A stretch of 64,000 nt of DNA from a virus (taxonomy: Duplodnaviria; Caudoviricetes). The stretch lies in the IMG/VR virus record IMGVR_UViG_3300020419_001132; one strand, written 5' to 3'. This document shows positions 35,891 through 45,455 of the stretch, one piece after another (position 1 is the stretch's first letter; every line of letters starts with the position of its first letter). The translations under genes were made by a program, and so were the position numbers. The notes under the pieces were generated by a model. That model did no database searches. It was given only the letters and a program-made list of their open reading frames with translations, and was not told where the DNA came from.

Positions 35891-38114
35891 TTTTTACCTT
35901 TTCGTAATCAAGTTTTATAGATTTACCTTTAACGACAATTTTACATTCGCCGCCTTCTTTTAATTCTCCAAACAACATTGCCCTTGATAAAGGCTTTTTA
36001 ATATCTCTATCAATTACACGTTGTAAGGGTCTTGCACCCATCTTACTGTCGTATCCTTTATCAACAAGATAATCTAAAGCATCATTGTCAATAGTAATTT
36101 TGATGCCTTTTGCTTCTACCTGTGTACGTAATGTTACTAGGAATTTACCAACAACTTTCATCATTACTTCTTTACTTAATTTTCCAAAAGTTACTACTCC
36201 GTCTAATCTATTTCTAAATTCGGGAGCAAAGTATTGTTTTAGTTCAGTATCTTCATATTTGAAGTCAAAGTCGTCGGAAAATCCTATAGACTCTTTTTCA
36301 GCTTGTTCTGCACCTAGGTTTGTTGTTAGTATGACTATAGTGTTACGTGCATCTGCTTCTTTACCATTACTTCCTGTCACTTTTCCGTTGTCCATTATTT
36401 GTAACAGTATTTGTGACACATCAGGATGTGCTTTTTCTATTTCATCTAATAGTAATACACAATTAGGATTTTCTTGTAGTTTAGTAATTAAGAGTCCGTG
36501 ATTTTCTTCGTAACCTACATATCCTGGAGGACTACCAATAAACTTTGCTACTGCATGTTTTTCTTGATATTCACTCATATCGAAACGTACAAGTTTTGTA
36601 CCTAAGTGTTTTGCAAGTTGTTTTGCAGTTTCGGTTTTACCTGTTCCAGTAGGACCCATAAATATAAAACTTCCAATAGGTTTATCTTCATCTTTCAATC
36701 CTGCTTGTGCTACTAGGATCTTATCAACTAAATCTTCTATTGCTTTATCCTGTCCGTACACACTACCTTTAATATTCTTTTCAAGATTTGCTAGGTTCTC
36801 AGTTTCTTTTTCAGCAACCTGTTCAGCAGGTAAATTTACAAGTTTTGCAAGTTCAAACTGAATATTTTCTTCTCCTACATTTCTCTCAATATCTTTTTCT
36901 TTTAGATTAAACCTACTACAAGCTAAATCAATCAAGTCAATAGCTTTATCAGGAAGTTTCTTATCACTTTGATATTTCACACTTAATTTAATTGCTGAGT
37001 CGATTGCATCTTCTGAAATAACTGTGTTATGAAACTCTTCATAATACTTTTTGATACCATTAAGAATATCCATTGTTATTTCTTGTGACGGCTCGTCGAC
37101 TGTAACCCTTTGGAACCTTCTCATTAATGCTCTATCTTTTTCAAAGTATTTTCTATATTCTTCCCAAGTGGTACTTGCAACAACTTTGATATTACCTTTA
37201 CTAAGTGCAGGTTTAAGCATATTAGCAAGATCGTTTGAGTTAGGTCCGCCACCTGATCCTGCTCCACTAATCATGTGTGCTTCGTCAATAAACATTATAG
37301 TTTTGCCTTTACCTCTAAGTCCAGCTAAAACAAGTTTGAACCTTTCTTCAAAGTCACCTCGATACTTAGAACCAGCTAGTAATGATCCTATGTCTAAGTT
37401 GTAAACATTGTATTCTTTTAAAAACTCTGGCACAGTATCATTGACAATATTCCAAGCTAATCCTTCTGCAATAGCAGTTTTACCAACTCCAGGATCACCT
37501 ACTAATAATACGTTGTTCTTGTTACGTCTACCTAATGCAAGTGCAATACTGTCTAGTTCTTCACTTCTTCCAATCACAGGATCAATTTTATTTTTTTGTA
37601 CTTCCTGATTTAGGTTTGTTGTAAATGCTCGTAAAGCCCGTTGTGCCTGTCCTGACATTTCATCTTCAGCTAGATCGTATTCCATTTCATTGCTGAGATA
37701 ATCATTTAATTTATCTTTTTGAACACCGCCTTTTTCTAAGTAGTAGTTTGCAACAGATTTCTTTTCTGATAATACACTTAATACAACGTCTTGTAAGTCA
37801 ATATGCGATCTTCCGCTGAAAAGAGTTTGTGTAAAAGCTCTGTTTAAAACCCTTTCAACTGATTGTGTTTTTTTAGGCTTATGTTTAGGATCATCTATTT
37901 CAATATCCTTACAACTATTTTTTAAATGATGCTCTAAATTAGTTTTGATAAATTCAACATCTGCACCAAAACCTTTCAACAAATTATATAAAGTTTCGCT
38001 ACACATTATACTGAACAATAAATGTTCAATAGTAACGTATTCGTGCTTTAGGTTTTTTGCATCTTTAATTGCTTTTTCAAATACTAATTTTAAATCTTCA
38101 CTAGGTTCTACCAT
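35877..38114 (-). CDS. clpA: ATP-dependent Clp protease ATP-binding subunit ClpA
   Basis: Clp-N (HEYVTIEHLL), AAA1 GDPGVGKT/FIDEAH, AAA2 GPTGTGKT/LLDEIEKAH, GARPL. Confidence 0.92.
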   Translation of the reverse strand: MVEPSEDLKLVFEKAIKDAKNLKHEYVTIEHLLFSIMCSETLYNLLKGFGADVEFIKTNLEHHLKNSCKDIEIDDPKHKPKKTQSVERVLNRAFTQTLFSGRSHIDLQDVVLSVLSEKKSVANYYLEKGGVQKDKLNDYLSNEMEYDLAEDEMSGQAQRALRAFTTNLNQEVQKNKIDPVIGRSEELDSIALALGRRNKNNVLLVGDPGVGKTAIAEGLAWNIVNDTVPEFLKEYNVYNLDIGSLLAGSKYRGDFEERFKLVLAGLRGKGKTIMFIDEAHMISGAGSGGGPNSNDLANMLKPALSKGNIKVVASTTWEEYRKYFEKDRALMRRFQRVTVDEPSQEITMDILNGIKKYYEEFHNTVISEDAIDSAIKLSVKYQSDKKLPDKAIDLIDLACSRFNLKEKDIERNVGEENIQFELAKLVNLPAEQVAEKETENLANLEKNIKGSVYGQDKAIEDLVDKILVAQAGLKDEDKPIGSFIFMGPTGTGKTETAKQLAKHLGTKLVRFDMSEYQEKHAVAKFIGSPPGYVGYEENHGLLITKLQENPNCVLLLDEIEKAHPDVSQILLQIMDNGKVTGSNGKEADARNTIVILTTNLGAEQAEKESIGFSDDFDFKYEDTELKQYFAPEFRNRLDGVVTFGKLSKEVMMKVVGKFLVTLRTQVEAKGIKITIDNDALDYLVDKGYDSKMGARPLQRVIDRDIKKPLSRAMLFGELKEGGECKIVVKGKSIKLDYEKVKIEKV

Positions 38115-38137
38115 TAACGTGTTCCTTTGTTTTCCAT

Positions 38138-38557
38138 TTATTCGTGTTCTCCACCTGGATCATTTGCATCTAATTTTACCTTTTTACCATTTACCCACAT
38201 GTTCTGCCTTGCTCTTGGTCCACTGTTATAACCACTCTTGAAGGTAAATGACTTTACAGTTTTATTTAAGCTATCAGGCCTTTTATCAGCCTCATTAAAG
38301 ATCATAACTGTAATTGCAGTACCTGATATTAGTGCGACGTGAGCTATAGCACTTATGCCAAATGCAGTTATACTTCCAACCATAATTGAAAATATTCCAC
38401 TCCACATAAATGCTAAAATCGTAAACACCATATGTGCTACCCTTGGATCTAGTTTACGTAATGCTGATCCTTCGATTGTCATAATAGAATTCCAAAAGTC
38501 TTTGATTATTACGTATACCAATACAGGAGGGTATGCTTTATAACTATTTTTATTCAT
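38138..38557 (-). CDS. Membrane protein of unknown function
   Basis: Two TM helices; own sigma70-like promoter. Confidence 0.6.
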   Translation of the reverse strand: MNKNSYKAYPPVLVYVIIKDFWNSIMTIEGSALRKLDPRVAHMVFTILAFMWSGIFSIMVGSITAFGISAIAHVALISGTAITVMIFNEADKRPDSLNKTVKSFTFKSGYNSGPRARQNMWVNGKKVKLDANDPGGEHE

Positions 38558-38610
38558 CTTTCAATCTCCTAACTATTATACATTATACACATATTTAAAA
38601 AAAATGCAAG

Positions 38611-39453
38611 TTATTTGGTAATATCTCTCTTTATGTTCTCTATCAGTTGCAGGTTCTTTTCTGATAATTTAGGTGTTTGGCAACCAATTTCAACGTATAA
38701 GTTGCCTCTTTGCTTTGTACGCATTACAGGTATTCCGTATCCATTTATACTAAATGTAGTTCCAGGATTTGTTCCTGTAGGTATTGTCAAACTAATAGAT
38801 TTACCTTCAGGAGTGTTTATGTCTATCTTGGTTCCTGTTAGTAAATCTAACATGCCTACGGATATTTTTGTATATATGTTATTACCGTCAACACGCCATC
38901 CAGGAGGATATCTTACTCTTATTACAACGGATAAGTCTCCCCTTGGTAAGTTAGGTATAGAGTTATCGCCGTATCCTGTAAATCTAAGGGTGTCTCCATC
39001 TTTCATACCTTCTGGTATTCTTACATCTAGTATCTCATTCTGTCCATTGGGCAATTTAAATGTTATAGTGTTTCCACCGCCTGTAAATACATCTTTAAAG
39101 TCTATTGTATAGTTTAGTCTTATATCTTTATTTTTACGAGGACGTTGTTGTGCAAAACCAAATGGACCTCCTCCAAACATTTGTTCAAACACGTCTCCCA
39201 TGTTTCCTGAATTAAAATGAAACGACTGGCTTTGATTTTGATTTACTTGCTGTGGATCAGCTGTACCAAATTGATCGTACATTTGGCGTTTTTGTGTATC
39301 ACTAAGGACTTGATATGCTTCGTTAATTTGTTTAAACTTCTCAGGATCTCCTCCTTTGTCAGGATGGTACTGCATTGCTTTATTTTTGAATGCTGTTTTA
39401 AGTTCTTTGTCTGAGGAAGATTTTGTTACCCCTAGAAGTTCATAGTAGTCCAT
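38611..39453 (-). CDS. dnaJ: DnaJ/CbpA-type co-chaperone (no zinc finger)
   Basis: J-domain with HPD, G/F region, C-terminal GDL and GNLYV motifs. Confidence 0.9.
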   Translation of the reverse strand: MDYYELLGVTKSSSDKELKTAFKNKAMQYHPDKGGDPEKFKQINEAYQVLSDTQKRQMYDQFGTADPQQVNQNQSQSFHFNSGNMGDVFEQMFGGGPFGFAQQRPRKNKDIRLNYTIDFKDVFTGGGNTITFKLPNGQNEILDVRIPEGMKDGDTLRFTGYGDNSIPNLPRGDLSVVIRVRYPPGWRVDGNNIYTKISVGMLDLLTGTKIDINTPEGKSISLTIPTGTNPGTTFSINGYGIPVMRTKQRGNLYVEIGCQTPKLSEKNLQLIENIKRDITK

Positions 39454-39465
39454 ACTACTACTTAT

Positions 39466-39915
39466 TTAAACGGTAACTTTGCCTTCGGAGATTAGACGTT
39501 CTCTATTTTTTAAATGCTGTGCATCTATTTCGTCTTTAGATCCACCAAAATATGCAACACCGTAGCCGTCATCAATCATAACTTCAGTAAGTTTTCTTTG
39601 TGCGTCTTTCTCACCATGGTATACTAAAAAGTCTCCTAGTATTCTACCAAACTTACCTCTACTGTCTTCACCTGATTTGTCTATGGTAGTTTTTAAAACT
39701 TGTATTGATCCTACAGGTAGATAACTTTTTACATATTCTTTTGATGCAAGGCCAAACTGCTTTTCTACTAAATCTCTAGTTCTAGATTCAGGAGTATCAA
39801 TGCCCATCATTCTCACACGTTCTTTGTGCATCCATACTCCGAATCCTAAGTCGATATCAACGTCAACTGTATCTCCGTCGACTACTCTTAAAATTTTTGC
39901 CTTATACTCATACAT
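39466..39915 (-). CDS. Thermonuclease (SNase-like); start MYEYKAK
   Basis: VVDGDT, RMMGIDTPE, GKFGRILG. Confidence 0.85.
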   Translation of the reverse strand: MYEYKAKILRVVDGDTVDVDIDLGFGVWMHKERVRMMGIDTPESRTRDLVEKQFGLASKEYVKSYLPVGSIQVLKTTIDKSGEDSRGKFGRILGDFLVYHGEKDAQRKLTEVMIDDGYGVAYFGGSKDEIDAQHLKNRERLISEGKVTV

Positions 39916-39928
39916 TTTATAATCCTTT

Positions 39929-40447
39929 TTAGTTTCTATTTGCGAGAGGATTATCAAGAGCTCTTTGTAACTGTTTCTCCATGTCGTCTTGAAGATCTTT
40001 TATTTTACTTTCTAAAAGTTCTTTTGTAGTAGAGTTTTCTCTTATAAGCATGTCCTTTTGTGCAACATATTGGTTTAACAAGTCATCGCGTTTAGTATCG
40101 AATCTAGTTTCAGCATCGTCTATTAATGTTCTTGTTTTAGTTTCAACTTCATTAATATCATCTTCTACTTTGTCTATAATCTTTTCTAACCGCACTATGT
40201 CGTCACGCAGGCCATTCTTAATATCTCTTGAATAATCTAATGCCTCATCTAACTTTGTATTTATAACATCCATACGTGCATTAACTTGGCCAGTATCTAT
40301 GTTGGCAATGATATCTTTCATGTTTGAATAGTCTTTATAAAATTCAAATCCTGCCCATAGTCCTCCACCTAATGTACCCAAAAGAGGTAATATAAGTAGA
40401 AGCTTCCCTCCACTTAATTTAATTCCTCCATATTCAACTTCTGCCAT
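39929..40447 (-). CDS. N-terminal TM + coiled-coil protein
   Basis: LLLILPLLGTLGGGLWAGF followed by heptad-rich sequence. Confidence 0.65.
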   Translation of the reverse strand: MAEVEYGGIKLSGGKLLLILPLLGTLGGGLWAGFEFYKDYSNMKDIIANIDTGQVNARMDVINTKLDEALDYSRDIKNGLRDDIVRLEKIIDKVEDDINEVETKTRTLIDDAETRFDTKRDDLLNQYVAQKDMLIRENSTTKELLESKIKDLQDDMEKQLQRALDNPLANRN

Positions 40448-40456
40448 TTTTTCCTC

Positions 40457-42979
40457 CTATTTTAAGTTGTATTGTAATTCTTCCATTGCACCAAACTTAG
40501 GATCGTTTAAGAACCATCTAGAAAAATAATGATCCACAGTAGGCTTATCTGGATAAAATGCAATCTGTTCTATTTCTTTTTTATTGTAATCAAAACCTGG
40601 CACAAAAGAAATAAGTGCAAGGAGTTGTCGTTGTACTAACATTTGTTGTTCTATAGTTACTGCGTTTTCAATCTTCTTTGTTAATTCGTTGGCCTTTTTA
40701 GCAATTAACATCTTTAATTTATCATTTCTACTAGTGGGTTTTTTCTTAGCTTTTGGCTCTTCTTTAGTTTCCTCTTTTAGCTGTGCGATTTCTTTTTCAA
40801 TGTCATCTTCTTGTTCTTTACTGCCTCCAATTGATCCATCTTTTTCGCCTGGTGTTTTGTTATCTTCTTTAGACTTTTGTTTATCTTCTTTCTTCTCTTC
40901 TTCTTTTTCTTCAATCTCTTCGGACTCTTCTTTTCCTTCTTCAAGTTCTTCTTTAGCCTCATCAGCATTTGGATTGTTAGTTTCTTCTTCTAATGAAGCA
41001 ATCTCTGCTTCTATGTTATCCTCTTGATTAGATTGTCCATTATTAGACTGTGATTCTAAGGAAGCAATTTCTGCTTCTATGTTGTCAGACATTGCCATTG
41101 TGCCATCCATTGATTCTAGTTCTGCAAGTTCTCTTTCTATACTATCTTCCATTGCTGTCAAGTCAGATTGTACAATATCAACTTCTGGAACTTGTACTGT
41201 TTCAGTTGTTGTGTCGACAGTTGGTTGTACAAAATTTTGTACAGTAGGTAATCCTTCAATTTGTAAACCTGTATTAATATCTCCTATTATAATTTCTGTA
41301 TCTAATATTTCTTCAATTGGATCTATATCAGTTCCATCGTCAACAATTTGTATTGGTGATATGTAACCTGCACACGTTTCATCATATTGTGGATCAAAAC
41401 TACATTGTTGGTTAAAATACGCAACATCATAACCTATGCATGTAGTTTCATATAAAGGGTCAATGTTACATTTTGCTTCTTTATAACCTGTACATGTTGC
41501 ATCAAATAATGGATCTAATGCACATTGTTGATTCAAGTAAGCAGTCGCATGTCCTGGACACCCTTTATCATATAAAGGATCCAATGAACATTGTTGGTTA
41601 TAATATGCTTGTGCATATCCTGTACAGCCTGCATCGTATAATGGATCCAAAGTACATTGCTGGTTATAGTAGGCTGTAGCATATCCAGGACATTGTGTGT
41701 CATACAATGGGTTTAGTGAACATTGTTGATTGTAGTAAGCTGTAGCATATCCTGGACATTGTGCATTATATAATGCACTTATTGAACATTGTTGATTAAA
41801 ATATGCAGTAGCATATCCTGGGCATTGCGGATCATGTAATGCACTTATTGAACATTGTTGATTAAAGTATGCAGTAGCATAACCGGGACAGTTCTGGTCA
41901 TGTAATGCACTTATTGAACATTGTTGATTAAAATAGGCTGTTGCATATCCAGGACAGTTTTGGTCATGTAATGCACTGATTGAACATTGTTGATTAAAAT
42001 ATGCAGTAGCATAACCAGTGCAAGAAGTATCATGTAATGGATTTAAAGCACATTGTTGGTTTAAATAAGCAGTTGCATATCCAGGACAATTCTGATCGTG
42101 TAATGCATTTAAAGAGCATTGTTGGTTATAGTATGCTGTTGAGTATCCAGGACATGTTGGGTCATGTAATGGATTTGCTGAACATTGTTGTGTCATATAA
42201 GCCGCCGCATATCCTGTACAAGTAGGATCAAATAACGGGTTTTGAGTACATTGCTGATTAAACAATGCTACTGCATAACCTTGGCATTGCGGATCATATA
42301 ACGGATCGTTATGGCAAGGATTAGCTGAAAAGGTTAATTTTAATTCAGATTGAGCAACATTAAATTCAGGACCATAACGACCAGCCCAGTTTGCACTATC
42401 ACTTCCTTGTGCGAGTATGTTTATATCTGAAAAATATGACGGAGGTAAAAATTGATTAGGAAAAGTTTCCGATCCGGAATGAGTAGTCCAATTGTGAGAA
42501 TGGCCGTAATCATAAGTATATGTTTGATATGTGTTACCGTTGGAGTCTAATATTTCAACAGTGATTTCAAAATCATCTATTCCTGGTTGGTTTGTGTAGA
42601 TATTTGCGTTACCATTTTTAACTCGCCATTTATAAGTAAATCCGTTTACCTGTATACCTGCCTGTGCTAATGCAGTATTAATAGCTATAGTTGTGCTAAT
42701 AATTTCATCTGCACCACCCCAAATAAATCCACTGTCATTAGGTAATCTATTAGGAACAGATTCGTTTCCAACACCTGCTGGATTTCTACTTCCACCCCAC
42801 CAACCAGTACCATAAGTACCAGTCCAGTTCTGAGCACTGGGATCTAGTAAATCACCTGTCGTGGAAGTTTGGGGAGTTGTATTTACAACCTGTGCTGATG
42901 CATTACAGTAAAAGCAAAAGCATAAGAGCACTGCCAATAACGGCGCCAATACCCAAAGTAGCTTGTTTCTTTTGAACAT
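40457..42979 (-). CDS. Secreted Cys-rich repeat protein (signal peptide, beta-rich domain, 15 repeats, acidic coiled coil)
   Basis: Start MFKRNKLLWVLAPLLAVLL...ASA; 22-aa repeats C-x9-C-x-GY. Confidence 0.75.
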   Translation of the reverse strand: MFKRNKLLWVLAPLLAVLLCFCFYCNASAQVVNTTPQTSTTGDLLDPSAQNWTGTYGTGWWGGSRNPAGVGNESVPNRLPNDSGFIWGGADEIISTTIAINTALAQAGIQVNGFTYKWRVKNGNANIYTNQPGIDDFEITVEILDSNGNTYQTYTYDYGHSHNWTTHSGSETFPNQFLPPSYFSDINILAQGSDSANWAGRYGPEFNVAQSELKLTFSANPCHNDPLYDPQCQGYAVALFNQQCTQNPLFDPTCTGYAAAYMTQQCSANPLHDPTCPGYSTAYYNQQCSLNALHDQNCPGYATAYLNQQCALNPLHDTSCTGYATAYFNQQCSISALHDQNCPGYATAYFNQQCSISALHDQNCPGYATAYFNQQCSISALHDPQCPGYATAYFNQQCSISALYNAQCPGYATAYYNQQCSLNPLYDTQCPGYATAYYNQQCTLDPLYDAGCTGYAQAYYNQQCSLDPLYDKGCPGHATAYLNQQCALDPLFDATCTGYKEAKCNIDPLYETTCIGYDVAYFNQQCSFDPQYDETCAGYISPIQIVDDGTDIDPIEEILDTEIIIGDINTGLQIEGLPTVQNFVQPTVDTTTETVQVPEVDIVQSDLTAMEDSIERELAELESMDGTMAMSDNIEAEIASLESQSNNGQSNQEDNIEAEIASLEEETNNPNADEAKEELEEGKEESEEIEEKEEEKKEDKQKSKEDNKTPGEKDGSIGGSKEQEDDIEKEIAQLKEETKEEPKAKKKPTSRNDKLKMLIAKKANELTKKIENAVTIEQQMLVQRQLLALISFVPGFDYNKKEIEQIAFYPDKPTVDHYFSRWFLNDPKFGAMEELQYNLK
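41363..42316 (-). repeat. Coding tandem repeat, 66-bp period, 15 units
   Basis: Consensus C-x3-[PA]-L-[YHF]-D-x2-C-x-G-Y-A-x-A-Y-x-N-Q-Q; unit 13 is 18 aa and the last is partial. Confidence 0.92.
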
Positions 42980-43466
42980 CTTCTTTTGTCTCCAATTCTT
43001 CACGAGGTGGTATTTTTCCTGGATTGGATTGCCATTCGTCAGTAGCTTGTTCGCCTATTTTTCCTAAATAAGGACAAGGAGTTCCTGCCATTTCCATAGC
43101 ATCATAAACTCTCCTATCTTGACATAGTACTGATACTGCCGCAACTTTCATACCCATGTCGTATAAAGTTTTTGATATTTTTAATCTTTCACAGTTTGCA
43201 TCTCTTACAGTTTCACCTGTTGAAATACCTAGTATCTGTGTTTGTACTGCACCAGCCACTCCAACTGTACATAGATCAGACGATGAACTATTTACTGACG
43301 GAGTTATAGCAGATGGAGGAGGAGATATCACTATCGTCCTGCCCTCTGACTTTACATTGGAGTCGCTTTTAGTATTCGTATTTACATTAGTTTCGGCATA
43401 CGCATCTCCTAATGATCCAAAGACCACAGCAAACAACGTTGCTAAAACAATTACCCTAGTATTCAT
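42903..43466 (-). CDS. Signal-peptide protein with four Cys and a C-terminal TM anchor
   Basis: MNTRVIVLATLFAVVFG...AYA; DLCTVG, NCERLK, VLCQD, TPCP; ends IGAVIGSALMLLLLL. Confidence 0.7.
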   Translation of the reverse strand: MNTRVIVLATLFAVVFGSLGDAYAETNVNTNTKSDSNVKSEGRTIVISPPPSAITPSVNSSSSDLCTVGVAGAVQTQILGISTGETVRDANCERLKISKTLYDMGMKVAAVSVLCQDRRVYDAMEMAGTPCPYLGKIGEQATDEWQSNPGKIPPREELETKEDVQKKQATLGIGAVIGSALMLLLLL

Positions 43467-43492
43467 ATATAGTTTCCCTCACGTTAGGCAAG

Positions 43493-43500
43493 TATTTATA
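43493..43500 (-). promoter_or_regulatory. Late promoter TATAAATA for the envelope module
   Basis: Exact match. Confidence 0.75.
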
Positions 43501-43600
43501 TTGCAATTTGTACCATTAACCAATTACACACCGGTAAAAATCGTAAGAAATTTTACACCTGCAATCGTCAAAATTTTGACGGTTTTTTAAAGTTATTTAG

Positions 43601-43957
43601 TTATTTCCTGCTAGAAGTGTATAGTCCAAACCAAGCCGCACCTGCACCTACGACTATACTAATTAGTCCAGATTGTTCAAGTGTAGGATTATCTAGGTTC
43701 ATAAACCATATTACACACTTATATAACAAGATGATGTATGTAGTAATAAATATTCTTGGAAATATTCTCCAAGCATCGACGGCTTTTGCAAGATGAATAA
43801 TTTTAGCAAAAGGATTAGGACCTAGGTCTTTAACACTTGTATCTACTTCTAGGTCTAGCTTAACTTTTTTACTAATGCTTTCATTACTTGCTGGAACTGC
43901 AATCTCAGCATCTGGTGCCGGTGCAGTTTCTAAATCTTCAAGTTTCTTTCTAGGCAT
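43601..43957 (-). CDS. 2-TM membrane protein, holin candidate
   Basis: Two TM helices at the end of the lysis cassette. Confidence 0.5.
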   Translation of the reverse strand: MPRKKLEDLETAPAPDAEIAVPASNESISKKVKLDLEVDTSVKDLGPNPFAKIIHLAKAVDAWRIFPRIFITTYIILLYKCVIWFMNLDNPTLEQSGLISIVVGAGAAWFGLYTSSRK

Positions 43958-44414
43958 TTCTTCCCCCTCTTTTTATGTTTTCGATTTCTTCTTTGTTTCT
44001 AGCAATACTATCACTGTTTCTATCTATAGTTGCATCTTGTGCTTTATCTATAAGTTTCTGCATTCTTAAACCTTTTTCTATATCTGAATCTAAATGCAGA
44101 TCCTTATTAATAATTTTTTCTAGCTTTAATGAACCTATACGATCATTAGCAACATATCGCCAAGTATAACCTCTGGATCCATAACATCCAAATACAGTTT
44201 CTCGTAAACCTATTTTTACAATTATAGATTGTTCCCCATCTAGTATTACTTCGTCGCCCTCGTTAAAAGCAGGATTAAATCTAAACTTCAATCCTTGCAT
44301 AAAGTTTGTAGCAAAATCTTTGAACCAAAAAGCGGCACTGATGCTTATTAGGATAGCAATCCAAGGAACCATCATAGTGGCAAAGTCTAATCCCAACTTA
44401 TCAAACGCTTCCAT
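43950..44414 (-). CDS. Minimal MscS-like (small mechanosensitive channel) protein
   Basis: TM, then NFMQGLKFRFNPAFNEGDEVILDGEQSIIVKIGLRETVF, matching the MscS TM3 + beta-domain pattern. Confidence 0.6.
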   Translation of the reverse strand: MEAFDKLGLDFATMMVPWIAILISISAAFWFKDFATNFMQGLKFRFNPAFNEGDEVILDGEQSIIVKIGLRETVFGCYGSRGYTWRYVANDRIGSLKLEKIINKDLHLDSDIEKGLRMQKLIDKAQDATIDRNSDSIARNKEEIENIKRGGRNA

Positions 44415-44699
44415 CTATTTCTCCAGTTTCTTTATTCTTGCTTCTAATTCATCGATCTTTTTAGTTACATGTGGATACTTTTTACGCCATGCGTCTTTTG
44501 GTTGTTCAAACCAAGTCCACCCCCATCTTTGAACTAAAAAGTCAAGTACTTGATCAAACTTGCCATAACACCAGATTCCAATTCTAGTGTCTTTGATATA
44601 GGTAGAGAATGCTAGTCCTAGTAATGAACCTGCTATTGCGGTGTAAATCCACAGACGGTCACCCGCCATTCTTTCTACCATGTTCCAAATTGTTTCCAT
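44415..44699 (-). CDS. Single-TM membrane protein, holin/antiholin candidate
   Basis: LWIYTAIAGSLLGLAFSTY; own TATAAATA 6 nt upstream. Confidence 0.5.
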   Translation of the reverse strand: METIWNMVERMAGDRLWIYTAIAGSLLGLAFSTYIKDTRIGIWCYGKFDQVLDFLVQRWGWTWFEQPKDAWRKKYPHVTKKIDELEARIKKLEK

Positions 44700-44705
44700 C
44701 AATAG

Positions 44706-44713
44706 TATTTATA
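44706..44713 (-). promoter_or_regulatory. Late promoter TATAAATA
   Basis: Exact match, 6 nt before the ATG at 44699. Confidence 0.75.
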
Positions 44714-44726
44714 TTGATTTCATTTG

Positions 44727-45125
44727 CTATTTGTCAGTGGTTTCTTCTTGGTCAGGTTTAACTGCTTCTTCGTAATATACAATGATTTCAGTTTGTTGTT
44801 CTATATAACGTCTAAGGTCGGCTATGTTAATTGCAAGGTTTTCATAATCCTTCATAGAAAGAACCACATATGCAAGTTCGCCGTGTTCAGCAGTAAATTC
44901 TTTCACGAAGGATTCGTAGTTATCTTTAGTAACAACGTATACTCTAGTGTCTACTAGATCAATTGGTTTTGGTCGAGCTACTGTCGGTACTGTTGTCTTC
45001 TCTATCTGTGTTACTATTTTCACTTCCGGTTCGCGGAACGACGAGCAACCAGTTAGGAAGAGGAGTATCGCCATCACCGCCAGTAGCGGCTTCCAACTCG
45101 CGCCATAATTTAGCTGTGGCACCAT
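44727..45125 (-). CDS. o-spanin (Rz1-like lipoprotein)
   Basis: Lipobox LTG-C; overlaps the i-spanin 3' end in another frame. Confidence 0.75.
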   Translation of the reverse strand: MVPQLNYGASWKPLLAVMAILLFLTGCSSFREPEVKIVTQIEKTTVPTVARPKPIDLVDTRVYVVTKDNYESFVKEFTAEHGELAYVVLSMKDYENLAINIADLRRYIEQQTEIIVYYEEAVKPDQEETTDK

Positions 45126-45447
45126 TCATCCTTCCTTCTAAGTCTTTACTATCTCTTATAGCATCCTGCACTAGATCTAACTCACGTAGTCTATTGCGTA
45201 AGTTATCACCGTACTGTTCTGCTTTTTGTAAGTCTTTTGTTAATTGATCTGATAAGTTGTTTAGTCTAATATTATCTTCTTTAAGTAATGCTAAACTTTT
45301 TTCAGTAGTTTCTACTGCTGTTTCCAGTTTAGCATTATTAAGTCTCATAATTTCAAGATTGGATTGTAATTGTTTTACGTAAAATAGTCCACCACCAGCC
45401 GCGGCCAGAATAATAAACACCAACGCAATTTTTAATCCACTAAACAT
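44959..45447 (-). CDS. i-spanin (Rz-like)
   Basis: N-terminal TM + long coiled coil, directly downstream of the endolysin. Confidence 0.75.
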   Translation of the reverse strand: MFSGLKIALVFIILAAAGGGLFYVKQLQSNLEIMRLNNAKLETAVETTEKSLALLKEDNIRLNNLSDQLTKDLQKAEQYGDNLRNRLRELDLVQDAIRDSKDLEGRMNGATAKLWRELEAATGGDGDTPLPNWLLVVPRTGSENSNTDREDNSTDSSSTKTN

Positions 45448-45455
45448 AGTTGTAT

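Noticed and set aside
41363-42316. Regular 66-bp periodicity resembling a CRISPR array
   Set aside because: It lies in frame within a CDS, with synonymous variation and no unique spacers; it is a protein repeat
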